41,983 nt of DNA, taken from NCBI GenBank assembly GCA_035282925.1, contig DATEUW010000026.1:1-41983 (forward strand), written 5' to 3'. Source of the stretch: Candidatus Nanoarchaeia archaeon (lineage in GTDB: Archaea > Nanobdellota > Nanobdellia > Pacearchaeales > GW2011-AR1). Shown in pieces: positions 7,303 to 15,256 of the stretch. Within the stretch, counting starts at the first letter, position 1. Each line of letters opens with the position of its first letter. Below the pieces are notes generated by a model. That model saw only the letters and a list, made by a program, of their open reading frames with translations, searched no databases and was not told where the DNA came from. A program made the translations under genes and the position numbers.

Positions 7303-7317
7303 ATTATAAACTATTTT
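7303..7317 (+). promoter_or_regulatory. Conserved promoter motif, copy 3 (ATTATAAACTATTTT); ends 15 nt before the ATG at 7332
   Basis: Same core TAAACTATTTT and same 15-nt spacing to the ATG. It is one A shorter than the 16-mer. Confidence 0.6.
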
Positions 7318-7331
7318 TAGCTTAATTGTAT

Positions 7332-7931
7332 ATGGACAAAAAGAGGGGGCAATTTTTCCTAATTAAAAATCGCAGTAAGGCAATTTTTCCAGAGAAAAAT
7401 CGCAGAGGGCAGATCTGGGTGGAAACTGTCATTTACACTCTGATTGCTTTCTCCCTGATGGGGCTGGTTCTCGCATTCGTCATTCCCAAGGTAGAAGAAA
7501 TAAGGGACAAAGGAATAGTGGAGCAGTCTGTAAACGTTCTCAAGGACATAGATTCCCTGATAAGAAGCCTCGGAAGCCCGGGAAACCAGAGGATTCTCGA
7601 GCTCGGGATAAACAAAGGCTCTATGACGATAGATGCAGTAAATGACAGGATTTTTTTTGAGCTGGAAAGCAGATACCAGTACAGCCAGCCTGGGGAAGAC
7701 GTGACTATCTCCTCGACAGACGGAAAAATAACTGCAAACACCGAAGAGGTAGGCAAGATTAATATAGTGACTCTCACTCTCGATTACCAAGGTGAGTACA
7801 ATATAAATTATCAGGGGCTGAAAGAGGTTAAAACGCTGAGCAAGGCTCCTGTTCCATACAGCATTTCCATATCTGACAGGGGCGCGGATTCCGGAGGAAA
7901 AATTATAATCAACATAGAGGTGATTGAATAA
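7332..7931 (+). CDS. Prepilin-like protein with a long leader (Gln at +1)
   Basis: Track start 7326 is TTG; the ATG is at 7332. MDKKRGQFFLIKNRSKAIFPEKNRRG/QIWVETVIYTLIAFSLMGLVLAFVI is a class III-type signal. Its stop overlaps the ATPase start (TAATG at 7929-7933). Confidence 0.6.
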   Translation: MDKKRGQFFLIKNRSKAIFPEKNRRGQIWVETVIYTLIAFSLMGLVLAFVIPKVEEIRDKGIVEQSVNVLKDIDSLIRSLGSPGNQRILELGINKGSMTIDAVNDRIFFELESRYQYSQPGEDVTISSTDGKITANTEEVGKINIVTLTLDYQGEYNINYQGLKEVKTLSKAPVPYSISISDRGADSGGKIIINIEVIE

Positions 7932-9475
7932 TGCCAGGAATAAAAGATTATCCAAGAGTGAAGGTAAATTTCAATCCAGACATTCCGCCTTTGAAAAAAG
8001 TAAAAGACAAGACAAAGATAGATGTCAGGTATGCTGTCATAACGCCTTTTGCTTTTGTCCATATATACTGGGACCAGAAGGAATACGAAGTAAGGTATGA
8101 AATAGAAGAGCCGATATTGACAGAGACAGAAAAAAATTACCTGGAGCAGATCCTTCCTGCGATGAGGGATTTGATAGATTTTGATGTCATTGTGGAAAAA
8201 GAGCAGGAGAAACTCCTGGAATACATAGACAGGAGATTCAAAATAATTGCATTCGAGTTGGGGCTCAGCCTTTCTTACGACACTTACAAAAAGATATATT
8301 ATTATTTGATAAGGGATTTTGTGGGCTTCAACGAGATAGAGCCTTTGCTCAGGGATTTTTTTGTAGAGGATATAGAGTGCAACGGAGTAGACGGCTCGGT
8401 TTATATAATTCACAGGATTTTCAGGAATCTCAAGACAAACCTCATTTTCAGGAGCATGGACAAGCTTGAAAATTTTGTTGAAAAGCTCGCCCAGAGGAGC
8501 GGAAAATATATTTCCTATGCCTCTCCTATTCTTGATGCCAGCCTTCCTGACGGAAGCAGGGTAAATGCGACATACACCAAGGACATAACTTCCCGAGGAC
8601 CCACATTCACTATAAGAAAATTCACGAAGACTCCGTGGACTCCGCCGCAGCTTTTGGCTTTCAGGACTTTGAGTCCTGAGATGCTGGCATACTTGTGGAT
8701 TCTCGTCCAGTATAAGATGAACATCCTTATCACAGGAGGGACCTCTTCGGGAAAAACAACGCTGTTGAATGCGGTTGCCTTTTTCATACCGCCAGAGGCC
8801 CGTGTTGTCTCGATAGAAGACACCAGGGAACTGAATCTTCCGAGGGAGAACTGGCTTCCGAGCGTTGTGAGAAACGCCACAGGAGCAGGGAATATAGGAG
8901 AGATAGACCTCTTCACGCTGTTAAAGAGCTCTTTCAGGCAAAACCCAGATTATGTGATTGTCGGAGAAGTTCGTGGAAAAGAGGCATATGTATTATTCCA
9001 GGGAATGGCCTCTGGACACGCTTCCATAAGCACGATGCACGCAGACTCTGTTGATACCGTCATAAAAAGATTGGAGACTCCGCCGATAGAGCTTTCCCCT
9101 ACCCTCTTAAATGTCCTGGATTGCGTGTGCATCATGACACATGCCATAGCCAAAAAGCAGGAAACCAGGAAACTGAAAGAAATCGTCGAAATAATCAACG
9201 TAACCCCGGAAGGAGTGGCTCTGACAAATACGCCATTCATATGGAATCCAAGCGATGACAGTTTTTACTTCAAAAAGAACAGCAAGATATTTGAAAAAAT
9301 TGCGAAGAGCTACGGAATAACAATGCAGGAAATTGATGCGGAATTTAAAAAAAGGGTGAAGCTCATCTACAATCTTTACCAGAACAAGGTGTTTAATTAT
9401 CAGGATTTCCAGGATGTGATTACCCAGTATTACAAGAAGCCGCAGGAAGTTTTGTCAAAGCTCGGCATTGCCTGA
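7931..9475 (+). CDS. Type IV filament assembly ATPase (FlaI/PilB/TadA, GspE-VirB11 superfamily)
   Basis: Walker A ITGGTSSGKTTLLNA. Walker B/Asp box region PDYVIVGEVRGKEA. His box GHASISTMHADS. GAGGTGAT lies 7 nt upstream of the ATG, and the gene is translationally coupled to the preceding pilin-like gene. Confidence 0.9.
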   Translation: MPGIKDYPRVKVNFNPDIPPLKKVKDKTKIDVRYAVITPFAFVHIYWDQKEYEVRYEIEEPILTETEKNYLEQILPAMRDLIDFDVIVEKEQEKLLEYIDRRFKIIAFELGLSLSYDTYKKIYYYLIRDFVGFNEIEPLLRDFFVEDIECNGVDGSVYIIHRIFRNLKTNLIFRSMDKLENFVEKLAQRSGKYISYASPILDASLPDGSRVNATYTKDITSRGPTFTIRKFTKTPWTPPQLLAFRTLSPEMLAYLWILVQYKMNILITGGTSSGKTTLLNAVAFFIPPEARVVSIEDTRELNLPRENWLPSVVRNATGAGNIGEIDLFTLLKSSFRQNPDYVIVGEVRGKEAYVLFQGMASGHASISTMHADSVDTVIKRLETPPIELSPTLLNVLDCVCIMTHAIAKKQETRKLKEIVEIINVTPEGVALTNTPFIWNPSDDSFYFKKNSKIFEKIAKSYGITMQEIDAEFKKRVKLIYNLYQNKVFNYQDFQDVITQYYKKPQEVLSKLGIA

Positions 9476-9483
9476 TGCCTATT

Positions 9484-10710
9484 TTATTTTCTATCGCTTT
9501 TAACGCGAGAAAGTACAAAAAGACCAAAGATAATAAATACAGTAATTGCTAAAACAGCAATCCTATACCGTACGCTCCCTAAAGAAACAAGATTTGAAAC
9601 AATCAACCCCCAAACTAATGGTCCGGCAAAAGAAGAGGCTCTTTCTGCTAAGCCAAAATAAGTGAAAGCTAAATTTTGTTTCCCTCTTGGAGCAAGATAG
9701 GACATAACTGAACGAGACACTGCCCAATTAGCTCCAAGCCAGAATCCCATAATAACTGAAACAACCACAAACAGAGCAAAGTTATTGAGCAACCCCATAG
9801 TAGGTAATATTATTATCCATCCAAAAAGCACAAACATCAGGGTTCTTTTATGTCCAAAACGGTCGGCAATAATTCCGGACACTGTTCCACCAATAGCTGA
9901 GGTAATTACGATGCCTAAAAGGATATATGTTTTAATTGTATCTGGAATACTCCATACTTGCTCCAAAAATATTGGGAAATTGTTTGCGGCAGTCAATATG
10001 GCATCATTAAAAAAGAAATAGGCAATAAGGAAAAAAAGTACGCTAGAGGATGATATTAATAATTTTGTCCCGATTAGAGTTTGTTTTATGTTTGATTTTA
10101 AAGAGAATTTCTGGATCTTTTTCATAGGTTCTTTGAAAAACAAAAGAGTAGGAAGAGAAAAAATAAAAAATATCAAAACCGCCGGTAATAGGGTTTCTGC
10201 TCTTGGAAGTGAACCAAATAGACTTATGCTCCCGGTTGAGAAAGGTAATGCAATTAAAAGCCCGATGAATTGCCCGAGATAATTAGCACTTATTCCAAGC
10301 CCAGAGACCAATCCTCTTCTTCCTGGATTAGAAATGCTGTTTAGTAGTGGTGTATAAAATGTGAAGGAAAGTAGATAAAAATACAGACCTAATGTAAAAA
10401 AGATGAGGGCTAAAACTTCTCTGCCTGAAACTGCAGAAAATGCACAAATTCCATAAAATATAGTTGTTAGTACTGTTGTATATCGTAGCCCGGTAATTCT
10501 TCTCATAGATCTATCAAGTAATGAAGCCATAATGGGGGCTGATAAAAATAAAATTATTGCAGAAACAGTAAATGTTAAGTTAAAGTATAAATCAGAAACA
10601 CCTCTATCAATAACTATCCACTGGGCAAAATAAAGAAAGAATGTAATGGAAACAATAGAATTCGCAAAATCATAAAGTGTCCAGAGAAATACGTTCCTCT
10701 TTGATTTCAT
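9484..10710 (-). CDS. MFS transporter, UMF1/Atg22-like family
   Basis: About 12 hydrophobic helices. The N-terminal FLWTLYDFANSIVSITFFLYFAQW motif is typical of this MFS family. It is convergent with the ATPase gene and splits the pilus locus into two operons. Confidence 0.7.
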   Translation of the reverse strand: MKSKRNVFLWTLYDFANSIVSITFFLYFAQWIVIDRGVSDLYFNLTFTVSAIILFLSAPIMASLLDRSMRRITGLRYTTVLTTIFYGICAFSAVSGREVLALIFFTLGLYFYLLSFTFYTPLLNSISNPGRRGLVSGLGISANYLGQFIGLLIALPFSTGSISLFGSLPRAETLLPAVLIFFIFSLPTLLFFKEPMKKIQKFSLKSNIKQTLIGTKLLISSSSVLFFLIAYFFFNDAILTAANNFPIFLEQVWSIPDTIKTYILLGIVITSAIGGTVSGIIADRFGHKRTLMFVLFGWIIILPTMGLLNNFALFVVVSVIMGFWLGANWAVSRSVMSYLAPRGKQNLAFTYFGLAERASSFAGPLVWGLIVSNLVSLGSVRYRIAVLAITVFIIFGLFVLSRVKSDRK

Positions 10711-10799
10711 CTTCAGACTAATGGCATTCTTCTTTAATAAGTTTTCTTGAGGGCTTCTTAAAGGAAAATATTTAATAACACTTTTTCCCTATTTTCTCT

Positions 10800-10988
10800 A
10801 TGAAAAAGGGTGATAAAATTTCTGTGATAGATGATGAAATTTCGCAGGTAAATCATCTCATAAAAGTTCTCGGCAGGCATATAGAAAAATTTGAGTCTGC
10901 ATACCTCAGAAAGGATTCCAGAGAATTCAATTCATTGAAAAGGGAGATACTTCAGATACAGAGGAAGATACACAGCCTCGTAAAATGA
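10800..10988 (+). CDS. Small (62 aa) charged coiled-coil protein, first gene of the second pilus operon
   Basis: MKKGDKISVIDDEISQVNHLIKVLGRHIEKFESAYLRKDSREFNSLKREILQIQRKIHSLVK shows heptad-like spacing and no TM helix. TTAATAAC begins 28 nt before the ATG, the same promoter geometry as the other copies. No family recognised. Confidence 0.45.
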   Translation: MKKGDKISVIDDEISQVNHLIKVLGRHIEKFESAYLRKDSREFNSLKREILQIQRKIHSLVK

Positions 10989-11028
10989 AAAGGGAAGTTG
11001 AGTGTCAAGAAACCGTAGGTGTCTTACA

Positions 11029-12321
11029 ATGGCCATAGAAAAACTAAGGGAAAATTTTGAAAGGCAGAAAAAGATAGCAGAGGAGATAAGGGAGCTTTCG
11101 GAAGAGCTCAGGGATTCCAGAAATGCGGAAGAGAGGGGGATAATTTCCTCCCAGATAGAATCGCTGAAGAAATATTTAAGGAAATACGGGGAGGGAGTTG
11201 TTGAAGCGGCAGAGGGCATTTCTGTGCCTAAGCCGCTGGACATATCAAAAACTGTTTCAGGCTACAAAATGCAGCCTGTGATTCAGCCTATGAAAGGTAT
11301 TTCTCCAGAAAAGGCAGAAAGATTTGATGAAAAAATTTCTGCCCTTGAAAGGCTGACCCTGGGGAGAATGAAAAAGAAAGAGGTAAAGGTTATCAAGAGG
11401 AAGGAGAAAAAGCCGAGCCTGTATGTCAAGCTTGCGAGCAGCCTTTTTTATGATACTGCCATGTCCCTGATAAAGAAAGGAAAATTTTACATGCTGAGGA
11501 GGGATTTGATCAGGGCAAATCTGGAGTTTGTCCCTGCAACTTACATTTCCCTGATTTTTTTCACAACAATCGTTTCATTTTTCGCAGCGATGCTGATAAC
11601 TGGTTTTTTTCTTTTCTTTAATCTCGTGGCTTCTCCTCCATTCCTTGTTGCTGTGGAAGAGAGCCTGGGATTGCGGTTTCTGAAAGTGTTCTGGATTCTT
11701 TTCGCTGTTCCGGCAGGAGTTTATCTGTTCGCATATTTCTATCCTTCAATGGAGAAAAAAACCCTGGAAAACAGGATTAACCGGGAGCTTCCGTTTGCGA
11801 CAATCCACATGTCCTCTATCTCAAATTCAATGATAGAGCCCAGCAAGATTTTTTCCATAATAATCTCAACAGAAGAGTATCCCAATCTCGAGAAGGAGTT
11901 CACGAAGCTTTTCAATGAGGTTAATGTTTACGGCTATGATCTCGTCACCGCATTGAGGGATATGGCATTCAACAGCCCGAGCAGAAAACTTGCGGAATTG
12001 TATAACGGGCTGGCAACAACCATAACCTCTGGAGGAGACCTTCCGAATTTTTTTGATAAAAGGGCACAGACTCTTCTTTTTGAGCACAGGCTCGAGACAG
12101 AGAAACACTCGAAGGCTGCAGAAACCTTCATGGACATATACATCAGTGTTGTGATTGCGGCTCCGATGATTCTCATGCTTCTGCTGATGATGATGAGGCT
12201 GAGCGGCCTGGGGATTTCCCTGAGCACAGGAATGATAACTCTTGTCATGGTTCTGGGAGTTTCCCTCATGAACGTATTATTCCTCTCCTTCCTTCATTTA
12301 AAACAGCCAGAGGGGGCGTAA
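11029..12321 (+). CDS. Pilus platform protein 1 (T2SS-F/FlaJ/TadB-C-like domain) with an N-terminal coiled-coil extension of about 135 aa
   Basis: Track start 11002 is GTG; ATG 11029 has AGGTG 7 nt upstream. The N-terminus EKLRENFERQKKIAEEIRELSEELRDSRNAEERG... is cytoplasmic coiled coil. It is followed by TM helices flanking a soluble T2SS-F-like region (LPFATIHMSSISNSMIEPSKIF...LAELYNGLATTITSGGDLPNFF). Confidence 0.7.
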   Translation: MAIEKLRENFERQKKIAEEIRELSEELRDSRNAEERGIISSQIESLKKYLRKYGEGVVEAAEGISVPKPLDISKTVSGYKMQPVIQPMKGISPEKAERFDEKISALERLTLGRMKKKEVKVIKRKEKKPSLYVKLASSLFYDTAMSLIKKGKFYMLRRDLIRANLEFVPATYISLIFFTTIVSFFAAMLITGFFLFFNLVASPPFLVAVEESLGLRFLKVFWILFAVPAGVYLFAYFYPSMEKKTLENRINRELPFATIHMSSISNSMIEPSKIFSIIISTEEYPNLEKEFTKLFNEVNVYGYDLVTALRDMAFNSPSRKLAELYNGLATTITSGGDLPNFFDKRAQTLLFEHRLETEKHSKAAETFMDIYISVVIAAPMILMLLLMMMRLSGLGISLSTGMITLVMVLGVSLMNVLFLSFLHLKQPEGA

Positions 12322-12335
12322 ACAAAAAAGGTAAA

Positions 12336-13175
12336 ATGGAATTAAAAAGGCCGCATTGGGCAGGGATGATTGCCGGAATTGTTGTTATAGTCGCTTCCCT
12401 GTTTTTTATAGATACAAGATTTTTCTTTTTCATGATAGGAATAGGAGTCCTGTCCGTTATTGCTCCTTTTGTTTTTGCAATAATCAGCGAAACAAATATT
12501 GCTGCCGAGAAAGAAGACATGTTTCTGGAATTTGCCAGGAACCTCGTGGAGAGCGTAAAAACAGGGACCCCGATAAGCAAGAGCATAATCAATGTGAGAG
12601 ACAAGCCTTACGGTGTTCTTAGTGAGAACATAAGAAAACTGGCAAACCAGATTTCCCTCGGAGTTCCCCTGAGCTCTGCGCTGCAAACATTTTCTAGAGA
12701 TGTAAAAAACAAGGCGATCTCGAGGGCACTGACCCTCATAGGCCAGGCAGAGCGAAGCGGCGGTGAAATCGGCGGCATTCTGGAGTCTGTGACAGAGGCT
12801 GTAAGCACTTCCGATAAGCTGAAAAAAGAGAGGAAAGCTGCAATCTCGAGCCTCGTGGTTCAGGGCTATATAATATTCATCGTCTTCATAATAATCATCC
12901 TCGTCCTGCAGTTCCAGATTCTTCCACTTATAGTCGGAATTGTTCCAAGCGCAGGCTCTCTGGGAATTGGCGGAATAGGCGGAGGAGCTCCAATAGAGCA
13001 GGAAGAGCTGTCAAATGCTTTTCTGTACCTGCTCCTGATTCAGGGGCTTTTTTCAGGATTGACGATAGGAAAACTTTCTGAAGGGACAGTGAAGCCGGGA
13101 ATAAAACACTCTTTTATCCTGATGCTCCTTGCCTTCTTAATCTCAACAGGCGCGAACGTGATTTTAGGAGGGTGA
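12336..13175 (+). CDS. Pilus platform protein 2 (single T2SS-F/FlaJ/TadB-C-like domain)
   Basis: N-terminal TM pair, then a soluble helical region (ISRALTLIGQAERSGGEIGGILESVTEAV), then C-terminal TM helices. It lies 14 nt after platform gene 1. Confidence 0.7.
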   Translation: MELKRPHWAGMIAGIVVIVASLFFIDTRFFFFMIGIGVLSVIAPFVFAIISETNIAAEKEDMFLEFARNLVESVKTGTPISKSIINVRDKPYGVLSENIRKLANQISLGVPLSSALQTFSRDVKNKAISRALTLIGQAERSGGEIGGILESVTEAVSTSDKLKKERKAAISSLVVQGYIIFIVFIIIILVLQFQILPLIVGIVPSAGSLGIGGIGGGAPIEQEELSNAFLYLLLIQGLFSGLTIGKLSEGTVKPGIKHSFILMLLAFLISTGANVILGG

Positions 13176-13183
13176 AAATACAG

Positions 13184-13618
13184 ATGAAAAATATACTTTT
13201 TTTATGCAAGAATAATGTTTTCAGAAGCCGTATAGCAGAGATATTTTTCAACAAGTATAATAAAAACAAGAAATATAAGGCAAGCAGTGCAGGGCTAATG
13301 CCCTGGACTAAAAAAGATCTTATGAAAGACCTAGGATATATTGCCGTAAAAAAGGTATGTAAGGATTTGGGAATAAATCTGAGCTTTAATTCAAAACCCG
13401 CGACATCTTCTGTTTTAAAAAGAGCAGATATTATAATAATTGTGGCAGACGATGTTCCAGAGAAATTAATCAAAACCGAGCAGGCAGTTAATGGAAAAGT
13501 TTTGGTTTGGGAAATTTTGGGTGTAAAAAGAAGTGACAAGAACAAAGAAAAAGTTGCAAGAAACACTATCAAATTCATAGACAAAAAAGTCAGAAATTTT
13601 GTTAAAAGACTAAGATGA
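13184..13618 (+). CDS. Low-molecular-weight phosphotyrosine phosphatase / ArsC-like protein embedded in the pilus operon
   Basis: MKNILFLCKNNVFRSRIAE contains the C-X5-R-S P-loop (CKNNVFRS) at the usual N-terminal position. AGGAGGGTGA (13166-13175) lies 8 nt upstream of the ATG, within the last codons of platform gene 2. Its stop overlaps the next ATG (ATGA at 13615-13618). Track start 13172 is GTG. Confidence 0.75.
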   Translation: MKNILFLCKNNVFRSRIAEIFFNKYNKNKKYKASSAGLMPWTKKDLMKDLGYIAVKKVCKDLGINLSFNSKPATSSVLKRADIIIIVADDVPEKLIKTEQAVNGKVLVWEILGVKRSDKNKEKVARNTIKFIDKKVRNFVKRLR

Positions 13619-14328
13619 ACAATAAAAAAGGCTCTCACGTCGGTTTTGTCATATCTTTTGTTCTGTTCGTAACTTTCATAATTTTTGTGTATGTTATCCT
13701 TTCTTCCAGGGTGGATTTCGGTCAGGAAAAGGCGAATTCCCTAAGCTATGTAAAAGCAGAAATCATAAATAGGGTTTCAGAAAATCTGACCAGTGTTTCG
13801 ATAGCTATCGGCCAGCAAAATCCTCAGAGTTGCGTACAGCTGACAGATTTTTTTTCAAAAACAGGATTAGGAGACAGGTTTGTTGTTGCGGACGATTCAG
13901 GTAATGTTCTTCCATCGGGAAAAGGCGGTAATGACTTGTTCATAGAAAAAAATAATAATCTTTTTTTCAGAGTTTACGGCTCAGAAGAATTCAATTCTTC
14001 AGGAGGAGCGCTAAACAATTGCCAGCCATTGAACGAAAATAGCCAGGGATATATTCTCGGGCTTAGCAGGGACAGCAGGGAGATTTTTGAATCAAAAGTG
14101 CTCGAGCTTTTTGAGAATTACACAGAAAATTACGAGGCTCTCAAGATAGATATGAAAATCAGCTCTGTAGATGAATTCGGTTTCAGGTTTACTTACAGCA
14201 ACGGAACGGAAATAAAAATCCCTGAAAAAAATGTAACGATAAATGTTTATGCAGACAGGACAGCTGTTCAGTACATAAAAGCAGATGCGACAAGAGAGTC
14301 GGGCTTTATAGACACAATAGTCTGGTGA
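13615..14328 (+). CDS. Prepilin-like protein
   Basis: MNNKKG/SHVGFVISFVLFVTFIIFVYVILS is a class III-type signal, followed by a soluble domain of about 200 aa with several N-x-S/T sequons. Confidence 0.55.
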   Translation: MNNKKGSHVGFVISFVLFVTFIIFVYVILSSRVDFGQEKANSLSYVKAEIINRVSENLTSVSIAIGQQNPQSCVQLTDFFSKTGLGDRFVVADDSGNVLPSGKGGNDLFIEKNNNLFFRVYGSEEFNSSGGALNNCQPLNENSQGYILGLSRDSREIFESKVLELFENYTENYEALKIDMKISSVDEFGFRFTYSNGTEIKIPEKNVTINVYADRTAVQYIKADATRESGFIDTIVW

Positions 14329-14334
14329 GAGAAA

Positions 14335-14787
14335 ATGTTAATAAATAAAATTAGAAACAAACGCGGATGGATAAGGATAGTCGAGGCTTTCGTGGCTATA
14401 CTCATCGTTGCGGGAATTGTTCTCATAGTGATAGGCAGAGACCAGACACAAAGAGAAGATGTTTCTTCAGACATATACTCCTCGATGATTGCAATTTTAA
14501 GGGAAATCCAACTCGATAATTCCTTAAGGGCGGATATTATTACAACATCCGGAACAGTTGAATGGGATTCTGGAAATTTCCCCGCAAATGTAAAAAATAA
14601 AATCATTGCAAAGGCTCCAGGCTATCTTGAATGCGTCGGAAAAATCTGTGCAACAAACGATGTCTGCCTTCTTACACAAAACCAGGAGAATCAGGAGAAA
14701 ACGATATATGCGGAAACTGCAATAATAAGTTCAACAATCCAAAGTTATAACCCAAGACTTCTAAAGCTGTTCTGCTGGACGAAATAG
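14335..14787 (+). CDS. Prepilin-like protein (G/W-x4-E bacterial-T4P-like N-terminus)
   Basis: MLINKIRNKRG/WIRIVEAFVAILIVAGIVLIVIG has an acidic residue at +6 after the Gly, then a hydrophobic helix. GGTGA lies 7-8 nt upstream of the ATG. Confidence 0.6.
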   Translation: MLINKIRNKRGWIRIVEAFVAILIVAGIVLIVIGRDQTQREDVSSDIYSSMIAILREIQLDNSLRADIITTSGTVEWDSGNFPANVKNKIIAKAPGYLECVGKICATNDVCLLTQNQENQEKTIYAETAIISSTIQSYNPRLLKLFCWTK

Positions 14788-14836
14788 TATTTTAAATGAC
14801 ATAAATTCTTAAAAATTAGATATTATTCTGTTTTTT

Positions 14837-15256
14837 ATGAAAATGAAAAAGGCTCAAAACAGACCTGAAAGAAAAGTTGACCCTCTTGTAAAAAAACTTT
14901 TACCAGATTTTTACTATATGCCTAATGAAGAAGATATAGAGATTAATGAAATTTATCGTCTTTCTCATGGGAAACTTCCGGAGATTATAAAAAAGATTCT
15001 AGCCAAAAGAACTACGGAGGAAAGTGATATCTTTTTAAGACAAAAGGGAATAGAAATTTATGGGCATTATGTAGAAACACAAGATAATAGTACAGTAAGC
15101 GCACCCATAGGTATGTTAGTCTGTGGAGCACACATTAAAGGGAAATGGCAGACTAACCTTTATCTCGTTACATTCAAAACAAAACGTAAAGAATTAGAAA
15201 AGTATTCGGGACCTCACCCAAATCTAGTTAACTTATTAAGACCCTACATAGAATAA
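14837..15256 (+). CDS. Hypothetical protein (139 aa), no recognisable family
   Basis: Clean ORF with an ATG and coding-like composition. Its end abuts the convergent rtcB stop with 0 nt between them. Confidence 0.4.
   Translation: MKMKKAQNRPERKVDPLVKKLLPDFYYMPNEEDIEINEIYRLSHGKLPEIIKKILAKRTTEESDIFLRQKGIEIYGHYVETQDNSTVSAPIGMLVCGAHIKGKWQTNLYLVTFKTKRKELEKYSGPHPNLVNLLRPYIE

Noticed and set aside
7359-8413. Long antisense ORFs at 7359-7955, 7433-7777 and 7811-8413 (-). Similar ones occur at 13114-13638 (-), 35435-36082 (+), 36122-36580 (+) and 37283-37919 (+).
   Set aside because: All are antisense to strongly supported genes (pilin, ATPase, phosphatase, Rad50, Mre11). They translate to Ser/Phe/Leu-rich low-complexity strings, typical of the reverse strand of Lys/Glu-rich AT-rich genes.
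4337-14787. The locus as an archaellum (motility) operon.
   Set aside because: There are no archaellin-type FlaB/ArlB signatures and no FlaC/D/E, F, G, H or X homologues. The pilins are of the Pilin_N and Epd-like (Gln +1) type. An adhesion or uptake pilus is more consistent.
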